A DNA stretch of 64,000 bases from Acidobacteriota bacterium. GTDB taxonomy: Bacteria > Acidobacteriota > Thermoanaerobaculia > Multivoradales > Multivoraceae. Position 1 is the stretch's first letter. Every line of letters starts with the position of its first letter. The translations under genes and the position numbers were made by a program. The stretch lies in contig JAPOVF010000399.1 in NCBI GenBank assembly GCA_026708285.1, forward strand, positions 46,669 to 110,668. Reading direction: 5' to 3'. The notes beneath the pieces are model-generated. The model made no database searches, had not been told where the DNA came from, and worked only from the letters and a program-made list of their open reading frames with translations. This document shows positions 26,523 through 38,713 of the stretch, piece after piece.

Positions 26523-26580
26523 GCGCCTGAGCGTTGGGATAGTCCTACGGGGCTCCGGGTTCGATTCCCGGCAGGCGCCC
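26523..26580 (+). ncRNA. tRNA-like minihelix (acceptor stem + T-arm, no complete D/anticodon arms), 10 nt after the stop of the secreted-protein gene
   Basis: 5' GCGCCTG pairs with 3' CAGGCGC. It has a canonical T-arm CCGGGTTCGATTCCCGG, a short hairpin CGTTGGGATAGTCCTACG, a discriminator C, and CAC rather than an encoded CCA. Confidence 0.4.
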
Positions 26581-26891
26581 ACTCACCCCCACAGGAGAGA
26601 ACCAACGAGGAAGATGAGCCGGAAGATCAGCGGTGAGCCGCTGAGGCGGTTGTACAGGTCTAACGGCGGGGGTGCGGGGCGGCACTCTCGTAACGAGGTC
26701 GCTTGCTGCAAAGCGGACCAGCTACGGCTCTCCCTCTCAGAGAGCCCCGCCGCTCCGCCCAGAGATAGGGAGTCACTCCGGCACGCTCCCGCGATTTCGC
26801 CGGCGAGGTGGGCCCCTTTTGCCCCGCGGTCAGCGGCGATTCGGCGGCTGCCGGTCCGCTCAGCGCCTCTGTCTGGATCGTTGACCGGGAG

Positions 26892-27119
26892 CTAGCTCGA
26901 GGGAACTGGCCACGCGCCGATCACGGCACCGCCGGCGGCGATCGTGAACAGCAGGCAGCCGGCGTTGTTGAGGGCCGTGCGCATGTGCTTGGCGGTTTGC
27001 TGCAGGGCGACGATCTCGTCTCGTGCGGCGGGAGTGACCTCGCAGATGGTCCGGGCGGTCTCGGTGATCTCGGCGAGCACGCGGCGGTTCTCCCGGATCC
27101 GGTCGTCGGTGCTGGTCAT
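26892..27119 (-). CDS. hypothetical small protein
   Basis: ~75 aa from an internal Met (MTSTDDRIRENRRVLAEITETARTICEVTPAARDEIVALQQTAKHMRTALNNAGCLLFTIAAGGAVIGAWPVPSS), helical with a C-terminal hydrophobic segment. Confidence 0.25.
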   Translation of the reverse strand: MTSTDDRIRENRRVLAEITETARTICEVTPAARDEIVALQQTAKHMRTALNNAGCLLFTIAAGGAVIGAWPVPSS

Positions 27120-27270
27120 CGGGAGCGATCGAAGGATCGGTCGTCGCGAAGGCGCTCTAGCGTCCGCTGTGGCTACTGGGAAATCGGGACTAGGTTGGGG
27201 GACAGTCCTCCACGGTCTTTCCCCGCAAGTACCTACCTTCTCTACTACTTCGCGAGATTCCGGCCGGGAA

Positions 27271-27372
27271 GGAGTGAGCGCCACCCCCTTACATCTCCTC
27301 TCAAGCGCGAACGTCACCCTGGGAGCTGACCCCTCCGGCCCCGACTGGGCGGGTGCAGCCCGACGTTAAGCG
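27271..27372 (-). repeat. ~340-bp repeat family, truncated copy B (5' ~100 bp only)
   Basis: ggagtgagcgccaccccc...ctcaagcgcgaacgtcaccctgggagctgacccctccggccccgactgggcgggtgcagcc is the reverse complement of the 5' module of copies A and C. Confidence 0.75.
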
Positions 27373-28568
27373 GTCGCGATGCGGTCGCAGATGCGGTCGA
27401 GCGTCGACTCGTCGAGGTAGGGGTGCATGGGCAGGCTGACGACGCGGTCGGCCAGGCTCTCGCTGACGGGCAGCGATCCCGGACCGTGGCCATGCCGTTC
27501 GTACGCCGGCTGCAGGTGCATCGGGCAGGGGTAGTGGACCGCGGTCGGTATGCCTGCCCGTGCCAGGTGGCCGCGCAGGGCGTCCCGGGTCTCCGCCGAC
27601 GGCCTTCCGTCCGCGTCGTCCACCCGCAGCGTGTACTGGGCCCAACTGGACTCCACGTCGGGTTCGCAGACCGGCGCGGCGACGCGCCACGGCGTGCCCA
27701 TCGACGCCGACGCCTCGCCCAGCCTCCTCGTGTAGCCGGCGGCGACGGCGCGGCGGGCCGTCAGTTCCTGCTCGAAGATCGTCAGTTTCGCCAGCAGAAC
27801 GGCGGCCTGCAGGGTGTCCAGCCTGCCGTTCATCCCCAGCCGCACGATGTCGTAGCGGTCGGCGCTCTGGCCGTGCTCGCGCATCGAACGCACCACCTCC
27901 GCAGTGGCAGGTTCCGTGCAGAAGATCGCACCCGCGTCGCCGTAGGCGCCGAGCGGCTTGGCGGGGTAGAAGCTGGTCGTCGTCAGGGCGGCCAGCGATC
28001 CGACGGGCCTGCCGCCGCGACGGGCGCCGAAGCTCTGGGCGGCGTCCGAGACGACCCCCAGCCCCCTAGAAGCCGCCCAGTCGGCCAGCGGCTGCGGGGG
28101 CATCGGCTGGCCGAACAGGTCGACGGTGATCACCGCCCTGGGGACGGCGCCGCCGGTCCGCTCGAGCCTGTCGAACTCGCGCTCGAGGGAACCCATGTCG
28201 AGCAGGAAGTCGTCCTCCCGGACGTCCACGAACACTGGCACGGCACCCGCTAGCAGGACGACTTCCGCCGTCGCCGTGAACGTGAAGGACGGAACGAACA
28301 CCGCGTCGCGCCGCCCCTCGGTGCGGCCGACGCCCAGTGCGAGCAGGGCGATCAGCAGGGCGTCCGACCCGCTGGATACGGCGACCGCCGGGGCCCCGCC
28401 GAGCCTGCCGAGCTCCGCCTCCAGTTCCTCGACCTCGGGTCCCATCACGTAGCGGCCATGGTCGAGGACGGCCGCGATCCGCCGGTCGATCTCCGGCCGC
28501 AGCCGTCTCGACTGAGCAGCCAGGTCGACGAAGGGAATCGGCTGCCGTCGCTCCGTGACCGTCGTCAT
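27366..28568 (-). CDS. DegT/DnrJ/EryC1/StrS-family PLP-dependent sugar aminotransferase
   Basis: Family pattern GSDALLIALLALG, FVPSFTFTATAE, SFYPAKPLGAYGDAGAI. The start is set at the internal Met (MTTVTERRQPIPFVDL). Confidence 0.75.
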   Translation of the reverse strand: MTTVTERRQPIPFVDLAAQSRRLRPEIDRRIAAVLDHGRYVMGPEVEELEAELGRLGGAPAVAVSSGSDALLIALLALGVGRTEGRRDAVFVPSFTFTATAEVVLLAGAVPVFVDVREDDFLLDMGSLEREFDRLERTGGAVPRAVITVDLFGQPMPPQPLADWAASRGLGVVSDAAQSFGARRGGRPVGSLAALTTTSFYPAKPLGAYGDAGAIFCTEPATAEVVRSMREHGQSADRYDIVRLGMNGRLDTLQAAVLLAKLTIFEQELTARRAVAAGYTRRLGEASASMGTPWRVAAPVCEPDVESSWAQYTLRVDDADGRPSAETRDALRGHLARAGIPTAVHYPCPMHLQPAYERHGHGPGSLPVSESLADRVVSLPMHPYLDESTLDRICDRIATA

Positions 28569-29665
28569 GGCCCGGAGTGTATGGGGATTGCAGCCAGCGA
28601 CTTGCGAAGCAGCGACGAGGTCGGCAGATCGTCGATCTCCCCGGGAGCGAACCACCCGAGTTCACCCCCGGACGATCCCGGGTAAGGCTCCTCGAGCCCG
28701 GCGTCCGGCCACCAGTTAGCGACTGCGACCCGAACGAGGAAATCCCGGTAGGTGACCGCGTGACGAACCAAGGCGTCCTCTTCGCACTCCCACTCTCCTC
28801 CGAACGCCTCGGCGAGCAAGGCCGCCGCTTCGCTCGGGGACTCGTCCCCCCTCTCCAGTTCGACCGTCGGCAGGTGCCACCGGCCGGCCAGCCACTCCGC
28901 GTCACCAGGGCGGCAGTGCAGCAGCAGGCCGCCATCCCTCCTGACCACAGCCGTGAAGCAGTGAACGATCTCCCGTGTTCGACGCCGGGATTTGGCGGGA
29001 TAGTCCCGGGGATCTAGGCCGTCGGTGCCGAAGGCCGCACATCCAGGAGAAAGCGGACAGGCGTCGCAGTCCGGGCGCCTGTGCCGGCAGACGAGCGATC
29101 CCACCTCCATCAAGGCCTGATTCGAATGGCCGGGGCGTTCCGGGTCCAGGAGCCTCGCCGCGGTCGCCAGCAGGCCACGTCGGGCCTCCGCCCGCTTCGG
29201 CGGCAGCGGGGAAGCCAGGAAACGGCTCAGCACCCGCTCCACGTTGCCGTCGAGCACCGGCACGCATTCACCATCCAGCCGGCTGGCGAGCATCGCGGAC
29301 GTGTAGGGGCCCACGCCGGGCAACTCGCTCCATTCCGCGGCGCTTCCGGGAAACCCGGCCCGGCGGGCCAGGATGCGGGCCGCGCGATGGAGGTTCCGCG
29401 CCCGGCGGTAGTAGCCGAGGCCCGACCAGGCTGCCTCCACCTCCTCGACCGCGGCTTCGGCCATCGCATCGAGCGTCGGGAAGGCCTCGAGGAAGCCCGG
29501 ATAGCGCGACACCACGACCTCGCTGCGGGTCTGCTGGAGCATGACTTCCGCAACCAGCACTTCATAGGGATCCTCGGATCGACGCCACGGCAGGTCGCGG
29601 CGGCAGCGGTCAAACCAGTCCAGGAGCCCGTCCCTGAGCCGCTCCGGAGGGACTAACTGCAACAT
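28565..29665 (-). CDS. mutY: A/G-specific adenine DNA glycosylase
   Basis: HhH-GPD core (VAEVMLQQTRSEVVVSRYPGFLEAFPT), a [4Fe-4S] cluster loop (CRHRRPDCDACPLSPGC) and a C-terminal NUDIX-like domain. Confidence 0.85.
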   Translation of the reverse strand: MLQLVPPERLRDGLLDWFDRCRRDLPWRRSEDPYEVLVAEVMLQQTRSEVVVSRYPGFLEAFPTLDAMAEAAVEEVEAAWSGLGYYRRARNLHRAARILARRAGFPGSAAEWSELPGVGPYTSAMLASRLDGECVPVLDGNVERVLSRFLASPLPPKRAEARRGLLATAARLLDPERPGHSNQALMEVGSLVCRHRRPDCDACPLSPGCAAFGTDGLDPRDYPAKSRRRTREIVHCFTAVVRRDGGLLLHCRPGDAEWLAGRWHLPTVELERGDESPSEAAALLAEAFGGEWECEEDALVRHAVTYRDFLVRVAVANWWPDAGLEEPYPGSSGGELGWFAPGEIDDLPTSSLLRKSLAAIPIHSGP

Positions 29666-29866
29666 GGGTCAGAACCTAGGCCCGCCGAGGCCGCCAGACG
29701 ACCGACCGACCGTCAAGAAAAGATGAAGAAAGTGGTCCGAAACCTCTTGTTCCCGCGTAGGCCCGCTGCTATCCTGCCCTTCTCGCGCAACGGAGACCGC
29801 CCGGCCTGAAACCACTGGACGCCTGCTTGGCCGAGAACCGCCAGTTTCGGCGCCGGTCGTCCCGAG

Positions 29867-29888
29867 TTTTTCCACACTGTGCGGAAAA
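29867..29888. promoter_or_regulatory. inverted pair of DnaA-box-like 9-mers (TTTTCCACA c TGTGcGGAAAA) in the dnaA upstream region
   Basis: TTTTCCACA is a common variant of TTATCCACA. The second half-site is an imperfect reverse complement. It sits ~170 bp upstream of the dnaA start. Confidence 0.5.
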
Positions 29889-30050
29889 GCTGCGGAACAT
29901 AGCTCTACGGAGCGGCTTGTCCCTAGCAAACGTCTAGGACAGAGGTGGTGAGCGCGCGTCTGGAGTCGGGGGGATCGGTGCGTCTCGGGAAGGGGAACAG
30001 GAAGGATAAAGGGGGGCTGGCGCCGGACGGCGCTGAACGGAGTGTGCGGC

Positions 30051-31382
30051 ATGCCTAGTTCCGTTTGGCCGACTCTACGCCGCCAGCTGCGCGCGGACCT
30101 GCCGCCAGAGGAGTTCCGCACCTGGTTCCACCCACTTCGGGTCGCTTCCGAGGACGCTGAACGGCTGGTCCTCGAAGCGCCGAACTCCCGCTTCGTCGCG
30201 GCGCTCGAGGAGGGCTTCCGTCCGATCGTCGACTGGGCGATCGCCGATCTCAAGGGGCCTACGTTCGAGGTTCTCTTCAAGAGCAGCGATTCCATCAAGG
30301 AGACCGCGCGGCCCGCGCCGAGTCCCCCGAAGGCGAAGGCGGCCCACGACGACGCGGCCGGCGGGAGCGCCCTCAATCCCCAGTACCGCTTCGACTCGTT
30401 CGTGATCGGCAACTCGAACCGGTTCGCCTGCGCCGCGTCCCAGGCGGTGGCGGAGAAGCCCGGAATCGCCTACAACCCGCTCTTCCTCTACGGCGGCGTG
30501 GGCCTGGGCAAGACCCACCTCCTGCACGCGATCGGCAACCGCCTCCGCCGGACCCTGCCCGGCACGCGCGTCGTCTATCTGGCCGCCGAGGACTTCGTCA
30601 ACGATCTGATCACGTCGATCCGCTTCGAGCGGATGCCCGCCTTCCGCGAGCGCTACCGGACGATCGATGTCCTTCTGGTCGACGACATTCAGTTCCTGGC
30701 CAGGAAGGAGCGATCGCAGGAGGAGTTCTTCCACACCTTCAACGTGCTCTACACGCGCCAGAAGCAGATCATCGTCACCTCCGACGCGCAGCCGCGGGAC
30801 CTGGCCGACATGGAAGAGCGGCTCCGCAGTCGTTTCGGCTCCGGCCTGCTCGCGGACATCCAGCCCCCGGACCTGGAGACGAAGGTGGCCATTCTCCAGC
30901 GCAAGGCCCGGCAGGTGCAGAGCCTCGATCTCGATACGGATGTCGCCCTGTTCATCGCCCGCCAGGTGCACTCCAACGTGCGCGAACTCGAAGGGCTGCT
31001 CAACCGCGTCACCGCCTTCGCGTCGCTCTCCGGCGCGCGTCTCGACCTGGACTTCGCGAAGGAGGCCCTCCGCGATGTGCTTCCGGAACAGGACCGGCCG
31101 GTGTCTTCCGCGCAGATCGTCAAGCTGGTAGCCCACCACTACGGACTCAAGGTGCGCGAGATCAAGAGCAAGAGCAACTCGCGGCAGATCACGTATCCCC
31201 GGCAGATCGCGATGTACCTCTGCAAGCGGCTGACCCCGATGTCGTATCCGGAAATCGGCAGGCTGTTCAACGGCAAGCACCACTCCACGGTGATGTACTC
31301 CGTCGAGCAGATCGAGCGCCGTCGCTCCGAAGACGAGCGCCTGGCGGCTCAACTGGAACGCTTCACCCGTCAACTCGGTTGA
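30051..31382 (+). CDS. dnaA: chromosomal replication initiator protein DnaA
   Basis: AAA+ Walker A LFLYGGVGLGKTHLLHAIGN, box VII/sensor motifs, and C-terminal domain IV (HHSTVMYSVEQIERRR). Confidence 0.95.
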   Translation: MPSSVWPTLRRQLRADLPPEEFRTWFHPLRVASEDAERLVLEAPNSRFVAALEEGFRPIVDWAIADLKGPTFEVLFKSSDSIKETARPAPSPPKAKAAHDDAAGGSALNPQYRFDSFVIGNSNRFACAASQAVAEKPGIAYNPLFLYGGVGLGKTHLLHAIGNRLRRTLPGTRVVYLAAEDFVNDLITSIRFERMPAFRERYRTIDVLLVDDIQFLARKERSQEEFFHTFNVLYTRQKQIIVTSDAQPRDLADMEERLRSRFGSGLLADIQPPDLETKVAILQRKARQVQSLDLDTDVALFIARQVHSNVRELEGLLNRVTAFASLSGARLDLDFAKEALRDVLPEQDRPVSSAQIVKLVAHHYGLKVREIKSKSNSRQITYPRQIAMYLCKRLTPMSYPEIGRLFNGKHHSTVMYSVEQIERRRSEDERLAAQLERFTRQLG

Positions 31383-31620
31383 GGCGGCGCCAACTCCTCG
31401 CGGACTCTTCCCGGCACCGCCCGGCCCCGAACTGCTGCGGAATCGCGGCGGATCCGCCCTGGAGCGAACTGCGCGGCGGCGGCGGATTCCGGAGCCTCCG
31501 CTTCGGCCGTTCTGTGGACCCAGATCGGTCCGGATCCGACCCGAGCACGGCACGGCGCCGAAATGCACAGCGAGTCCACCGTCGAGTCCGCCGCTTACCG
31601 ACAGGGATTCCTCGTTGTAA

Positions 31621-31660
31621 CCTTTTTGTTTTTAGTGGTTTAAGTGACACATGCACGACC
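31621..31660. promoter_or_regulatory. AT-rich tract (candidate DNA-unwinding element) in the dnaA-dnaN intergenic region
   Basis: cctttttgtttttagtggtttaagtgacacatgcac is strikingly AT-rich for a ~70% GC genome. The DnaA-box-like TCTGTGGAC lies ~110 bp upstream (31511-31520). Confidence 0.45.
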
Positions 31661-31721
31661 GTTCCCAGGGCCTTCTACGGCAACTTGGATGGTGTATATT
31701 GACTCCCTGAGGAGAGCGTAG

Positions 31722-32834
31722 ATGAAGACCAGGGTTGAACGGAGAGAACTGCTGACCGAACTCGCCGCGATGCGCGGCATCGTCGAGAGCAGGTCCACGA
31801 TTCCGGTCTTGTCCCATCTCCTGTTGCGCGTCCGCGACAACCGGCTGGAACTGGCGGCCACCGACCTCGATGTTTCGCTCACGTCCTCGTGTGCGGCCGA
31901 GGAAGGGTCCTGTGAACCGGGCGCCACAGCCGTTCAGGCGCGAAAGCTCCTGGAAATCGTCCGCGCTCTCGGCGACGGCGCGCTGGAACTCTCGACGGGG
32001 GAGTCGAACTCCCTTCACATCGTCGCCGGTTCCTCGCGATTCCGCATCAACGGTCTCTCGGCCGAGGACTTTCCGACCCTTGCCGCAGTCGATCCCGAGT
32101 CGGCTTCCGCGACCTTCGAGGCGCCATTTGCGGACCTCAAGCGGATGATCGGCAAGGTCATCTTCGCGGTCTCCGCCGAAGAGTCGCGGTTCCAGTTGAA
32201 CGGCGCGTTGCTCAAGCTGAAGGATGGGGGCGTCGAGTTGGTGGCCACGGACGGCCATCGACTGGCCCTGATCGAGGCGGAGATGCCGGGCGTCGCCGAG
32301 GCGGACGGCGTGCTTGCTCCGCGCAAGGCGCTGCTGGAGTTGATGCGCTTCGACAGCGATGAGGCCGCCACGTTTCGCCGCGGCGAGCATCATCTCGCCT
32401 TCGTGATCGGGCGTCGCGAGCTGACCTGCCGCATCCTCGAAGGCACCTTCCCGGACTACGAGAAGGTCATCTCGAAGGACAACGACAGGAAGGCGTCCTT
32501 CGACCGGCAGGAACTCTCCGAGGTCGTCCATCGGGTTTCGCTGTTGACCGGCGACCGCGCACCCATGGTGAGGCTGAAGTTCGATGAAGGGTCGCTGCTC
32601 GTGTCGTCGTCGAATCCGGACCTGGGCGAGGCCGAAGAGACGCTCGAGTGCGACTACGAGGCGGAGAATCTGGAGATCGGTCTGAACCCCGCCTACGTTC
32701 GGGACTTCCTGGGCGCGGTCGATACCGACCGGGTCGAGTTCGCGCTGAAGGACGAGAACAGCCAGTGCGTCGCGCACCCCGTGGAGGGCGCCGATTCGCG
32801 CTACCTCTGCGTGATCATGCCGATGCGGCTGTAG
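31722..32834 (+). CDS. dnaN: DNA polymerase III beta sliding clamp
   Basis: 370 aa with an MKTRVERRELLTEL... N-terminus and a three-domain clamp architecture, immediately after dnaA. Confidence 0.9.
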   Translation: MKTRVERRELLTELAAMRGIVESRSTIPVLSHLLLRVRDNRLELAATDLDVSLTSSCAAEEGSCEPGATAVQARKLLEIVRALGDGALELSTGESNSLHIVAGSSRFRINGLSAEDFPTLAAVDPESASATFEAPFADLKRMIGKVIFAVSAEESRFQLNGALLKLKDGGVELVATDGHRLALIEAEMPGVAEADGVLAPRKALLELMRFDSDEAATFRRGEHHLAFVIGRRELTCRILEGTFPDYEKVISKDNDRKASFDRQELSEVVHRVSLLTGDRAPMVRLKFDEGSLLVSSSNPDLGEAEETLECDYEAENLEIGLNPAYVRDFLGAVDTDRVEFALKDENSQCVAHPVEGADSRYLCVIMPMRL

Positions 32835-32902
32835 CTCGCTGGATCCGTTCGCTGAACGGCCTCGTAACTATCCTGTTTTCAGGCATTTACAGATTGAGCT
32901 GA

Positions 32903-35428
<2,526 letters not shown>

Positions 35429-35438
35429 TCGGCCGGCC

Positions 35439-38006
35439 GTGACCAAGGACGAGCCCCCTATCACGCCGCCGCCGGAGCAAGCGGCGTCAGACCGCCAGAC
35501 CGTGCCCGTGCAGCTCGAGCGCGAGATGCGCCGGAGCTATCTCGACTACGCGATGAGCGTGATCATCGGCCGTGCCCTGCCCGACGTGCGGGACGGTCTG
35601 AAACCGGTTCACCGACGCGTTCTCTACGGCATGTGGGAGGCCGGCAACACGGCCGGTCGCGCGTACAAGAAGTCGGCGCGCATCGTCGGCGACGTGATGG
35701 GCAAGTACCACCCCCACGGCGACGGTCCGATCTACGACACGGTGGTCCGCCTCGCGCAGGACTTCTCCATGCGCTATCCCCTGGTCGACGGCCAGGGCAA
35801 CTTCGGTTCGATCGACGGCGACAACCCGGCGGCGATGCGCTACACGGAGGTCCGGCTCACCCGGATCGCCGAGGAGATGCTGCGCGAGGACATCGACAAG
35901 GACACGGTCGACTGGGTACCGAACTACGATGGCTCGGAGCAGGAGCCCTCGCCCCTGCCGGCCCGCATCCCGAACCTCCTGGTCAACGGTTCCGCCGGTA
36001 TCGCGGTCGGCATGGCGACGAACATCCCGCCCCACAACCTCGGTGAAGCGATCGCGGCGGTCAAGCTGCTCATCGACCGTCCTCAGGCGTCATTGGACGA
36101 GCTGATGGAGATCCTTCCTGGTCCGGACTTTCCGACGGGAGGGTTCATCCACGGGCGCGACGGCATCCGCAGCGCCTACGAGACCGGCCGCGGTTCGATT
36201 CAGGTACGGGCGCGCGCCGACATCGTCGACCGGGGGTCGGACCGCCAGTCGATCATCGTGTCCGAGATTCCCTACCAGGTGAACAAGGCGCGGCTGATCG
36301 AACGGATCGCCGAACTCGTGCGCGAGAAGAAGCTCGAGGGCATCCGCGATCTTCGCGACGAGTCCGATCGGGACGGCATCCGCATCGTGATCGACCTGAA
36401 GCGGGGCGAGGTCGCCGAGGTCATCCTGAACACGCTCTACAAGATGACCAAGCTCCAGGTCAGCTACGGCATGAACATGCTGGCGATCGTCGACAGCCAG
36501 CCCCAGGTGCTGACCCTGCGCGAGCTGCTGCGCCACTTCCTGGACCACCGCCGCACGGTCGTCATCCGGCGATGCCGCTACGAGTTGGCGCGGGCCGAGC
36601 TGCGCGCCCACATCCTCGAGGGTCTGCTCATCGCGCTCGACCATCTGGACGAGGTGATCGCCACGATCCGGGCCAGCCACACGCCGCCGGAGGCGCGGAC
36701 GCGCCTGACCGCGAACTTCGCCCTGACCGACCGCCAGGCGCAGGCGATCCTGGACATGCGACTGCAGCGGTTGACGGGACTCGAACGCGAGAAGATCCAG
36801 GAGGAGTACGGCGAGCTGCTCGCCGAGATCGGCCGACTGCGCGCCATCCTGGGGTCCGACGAGCTGTTGCTGGCCGAGATCCGGGGCGAACTCGACGCGA
36901 TCGAACGGCGCTACAGCGACCCGCGCCGCACCGAGATCGTCGCCTACTCCTCGGACATCACGATCGAGGACATGATCGCCGATGAGGACATGGTGATCAC
37001 GGTGACGCGGTCGGGCTACGTCAAGCGCTCCCCGCTCAGCCTGTACCGCTCCCAGCATCGCGGCGGCAAGGGCCGGACCGGCATGGCGACGCGGGACGGC
37101 GACTTCGTGGAGCAGCTCTACGTCGCCTCGGCCCACAGCTATGTCCTCGTGTTCACCGACCGGGGCCACTGCTACTGGCTCAAGGTGCACCAGATCCCCC
37201 AGATGGGTCCGGCGGCGCGGGGCAAGGCGATCGTCAATCTCCTGCGGCTGGACAGCGGCGAGGGCGTGGCGGCGACCGTTGCGGTCCGCGAGTTCCCGGA
37301 AGACCGGTTCCTGACCTTCGCCACCGAGACCGGCGTGGTGAAGAAGACGGTGCTGTCGCACTACTCGCGTCCCCGAGCCAACGGCATCATCGCGGTTCGG
37401 ATCGACGAGGGCGACCGGCTGCTGACGGTGAAGCTGACCGACGGCGGCAGCGACCTCGTGCTGGCCACCCGGATGGGCTACTCGGTCCGGTTCCCCGAGA
37501 ACGACCTGCGCTCCCTGAGTCGTGCGACGCGCGGCGTGCGCGGGATCAGTCTGCGCCGCGGTGACCGGGTCGTCTCGATGGAGTGCCTGCTGCCGCCGGC
37601 GTTGGACGACGAGACGACGGGGCCGCCGGAGACGACGCTGCTGACCGTCAGCGAGAACGGCTTCGGCAAGCGGACGGCGCTCGACGAGTACCGCCGCCAG
37701 TCGAGGGGCGGGCTCGGGATCATCAACCTCAAGGTCTCGGACCGGACGGGCACGGTCGTCGGTGTCCGCGAGGTGGAGGACGACACGGAGCTGATGCTGA
37801 TCACCCACGAGGGAAAGATCATCCGCATCAACGCTGGCAGCGTGTCCCTGATCGGCCGCGCCACTCAGGGAGTCAAGGTGATGGACCTGGACGACGGCGA
37901 CCGCATCGTCGCCCTGGCCCGGATTCCGGATCGCGGCGAGGAGGACGAAGAGGACGGCGCCGACGAGGCCGGGGGCGGAGCCGAAGACACGGAGCCGATC
38001 AACTAG
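35439..38006 (+). CDS. gyrA: DNA gyrase subunit A
   Basis: Catalytic Tyr region ([10 protein letters not shown]), a QRDR-like segment ([11 protein letters not shown]), C-terminal beta-pinwheel repeats and an acidic tail. Confidence 0.95.
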   Translation: MTKDEPPITPPPEQAASDRQTVPVQLEREMRRSYLDYAMSVIIGRALPDVRDGLKPVHRRVLYGMWEAGNTAGRAYKKSARIVGDVMGKYHPHGDGPIYDTVVRLAQDFSMRYPLVDGQGNFGSIDGDNPAAMRYTEVRLTRIAEEMLREDIDKDTVDWVPNYDGSEQEPSPLPARIPNLLVNGSAGIAVGMATNIPPHNLGEAIAAVKLLIDRPQASLDELMEILPGPDFPTGGFIHGRDGIRSAYETGRGSIQVRARADIVDRGSDRQSIIVSEIPYQVNKARLIERIAELVREKKLEGIRDLRDESDRDGIRIVIDLKRGEVAEVILNTLYKMTKLQVSYGMNMLAIVDSQPQVLTLRELLRHFLDHRRTVVIRRCRYELARAELRAHILEGLLIALDHLDEVIATIRASHTPPEARTRLTANFALTDRQAQAILDMRLQRLTGLEREKIQEEYGELLAEIGRLRAILGSDELLLAEIRGELDAIERRYSDPRRTEIVAYSSDITIEDMIADEDMVITVTRSGYVKRSPLSLYRSQHRGGKGRTGMATRDGDFVEQLYVASAHSYVLVFTDRGHCYWLKVHQIPQMGPAARGKAIVNLLRLDSGEGVAATVAVREFPEDRFLTFATETGVVKKTVLSHYSRPRANGIIAVRIDEGDRLLTVKLTDGGSDLVLATRMGYSVRFPENDLRSLSRATRGVRGISLRRGDRVVSMECLLPPALDDETTGPPETTLLTVSENGFGKRTALDEYRRQSRGGLGIINLKVSDRTGTVVGVREVEDDTELMLITHEGKIIRINAGSVSLIGRATQGVKVMDLDDGDRIVALARIPDRGEEDEEDGADEAGGGAEDTEPIN

Positions 38007-38031
38007 GAGCCGCTTCAGGAGAGATTCACGC

Positions 38032-38691
38032 ATGAAGTTCTTTCTCGACACCGCGGACATCGGAGAGATCGAGACCGGCCTCGAGTGGGGCATGGTCGAC
38101 GGGGTGACGACCAACCCGAGCCTGATCGCCAAGCAGGGCAAGCCATACCTGCCGACGGTTCGCGAGATCGCGGAGCTCGTGCCGGGTCCGGTGAGCGGCG
38201 AAGTGCTCGCCACCGACCTCGAAGGCATGCTCGAGCAGGGCCGCCGCCTGGCCGGCCTCGCCGACAACGTGGTGGTCAAGGTGCCGCTCGGTCCGCCCGG
38301 ACTCACCGCGGTGCGCCGGCTGGCGGCGGAGGGCATCCGCTGCAACGTGACCCTGTGCTTCTCGCCGTCCCAGGCTCTGTTGGCGGGCAAGGCGGGAGCC
38401 GCCTACATCTCACCCTTCGTCGGCCGGCTGGACGACATCGCCCAGGACGGCATGGACCTGATCCGGCAGGTGATCGCGATCTACTCTCACTACGACTTCG
38501 GGACCGAGGTCCTGGTTGCTTCCGCCCGCCATCCCGTTCACGTCGTCCTGTCGGCGGAGATGGGCGCGGATGTAATCACCCTGCCGTTCAAGACCCTGAG
38601 CCAGCTCTACCGGCACCCGTTGACGGATATCGGTCTGAACCAGTTCCTCTCGGACTGGGAGACGACCGGCCGCAGCTTCGACGACGAGTGA
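38032..38691 (+). CDS. short transaldolase / fructose-6-phosphate aldolase family
   Basis: 219 aa with the [14 protein letters not shown]-terminus and the Schiff-base Lys region (VVVKVP) typical of TalC/Fsa-type enzymes. Confidence 0.75.
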   Translation: MKFFLDTADIGEIETGLEWGMVDGVTTNPSLIAKQGKPYLPTVREIAELVPGPVSGEVLATDLEGMLEQGRRLAGLADNVVVKVPLGPPGLTAVRRLAAEGIRCNVTLCFSPSQALLAGKAGAAYISPFVGRLDDIAQDGMDLIRQVIAIYSHYDFGTEVLVASARHPVHVVLSAEMGADVITLPFKTLSQLYRHPLTDIGLNQFLSDWETTGRSFDDE

Positions 38692-38713
38692 GCGGAACGG
38701 GGGTAGAGCCGCA

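Noticed and set aside
26614-26895. 93-aa Arg-rich ORF after the tRNA-like element
   Set aside because: It has a low-complexity basic composition, a poor start context, and overlaps a more plausible small gene on the other strand.
29669-30412. 247-aa minus-strand ORF across the dnaA promoter and start
   Set aside because: It overlaps the dnaA 5' end and the DnaA-box region. Its composition is Ser/Arg/Gly-rich, and dnaA on the plus strand is unambiguous.
36090-38390. 766-aa ORF antisense to gyrA/transaldolase
   Set aside because: It is antisense to gyrA and the transaldolase gene, with no domain signal and an Arg/Pro/Gly-rich composition.
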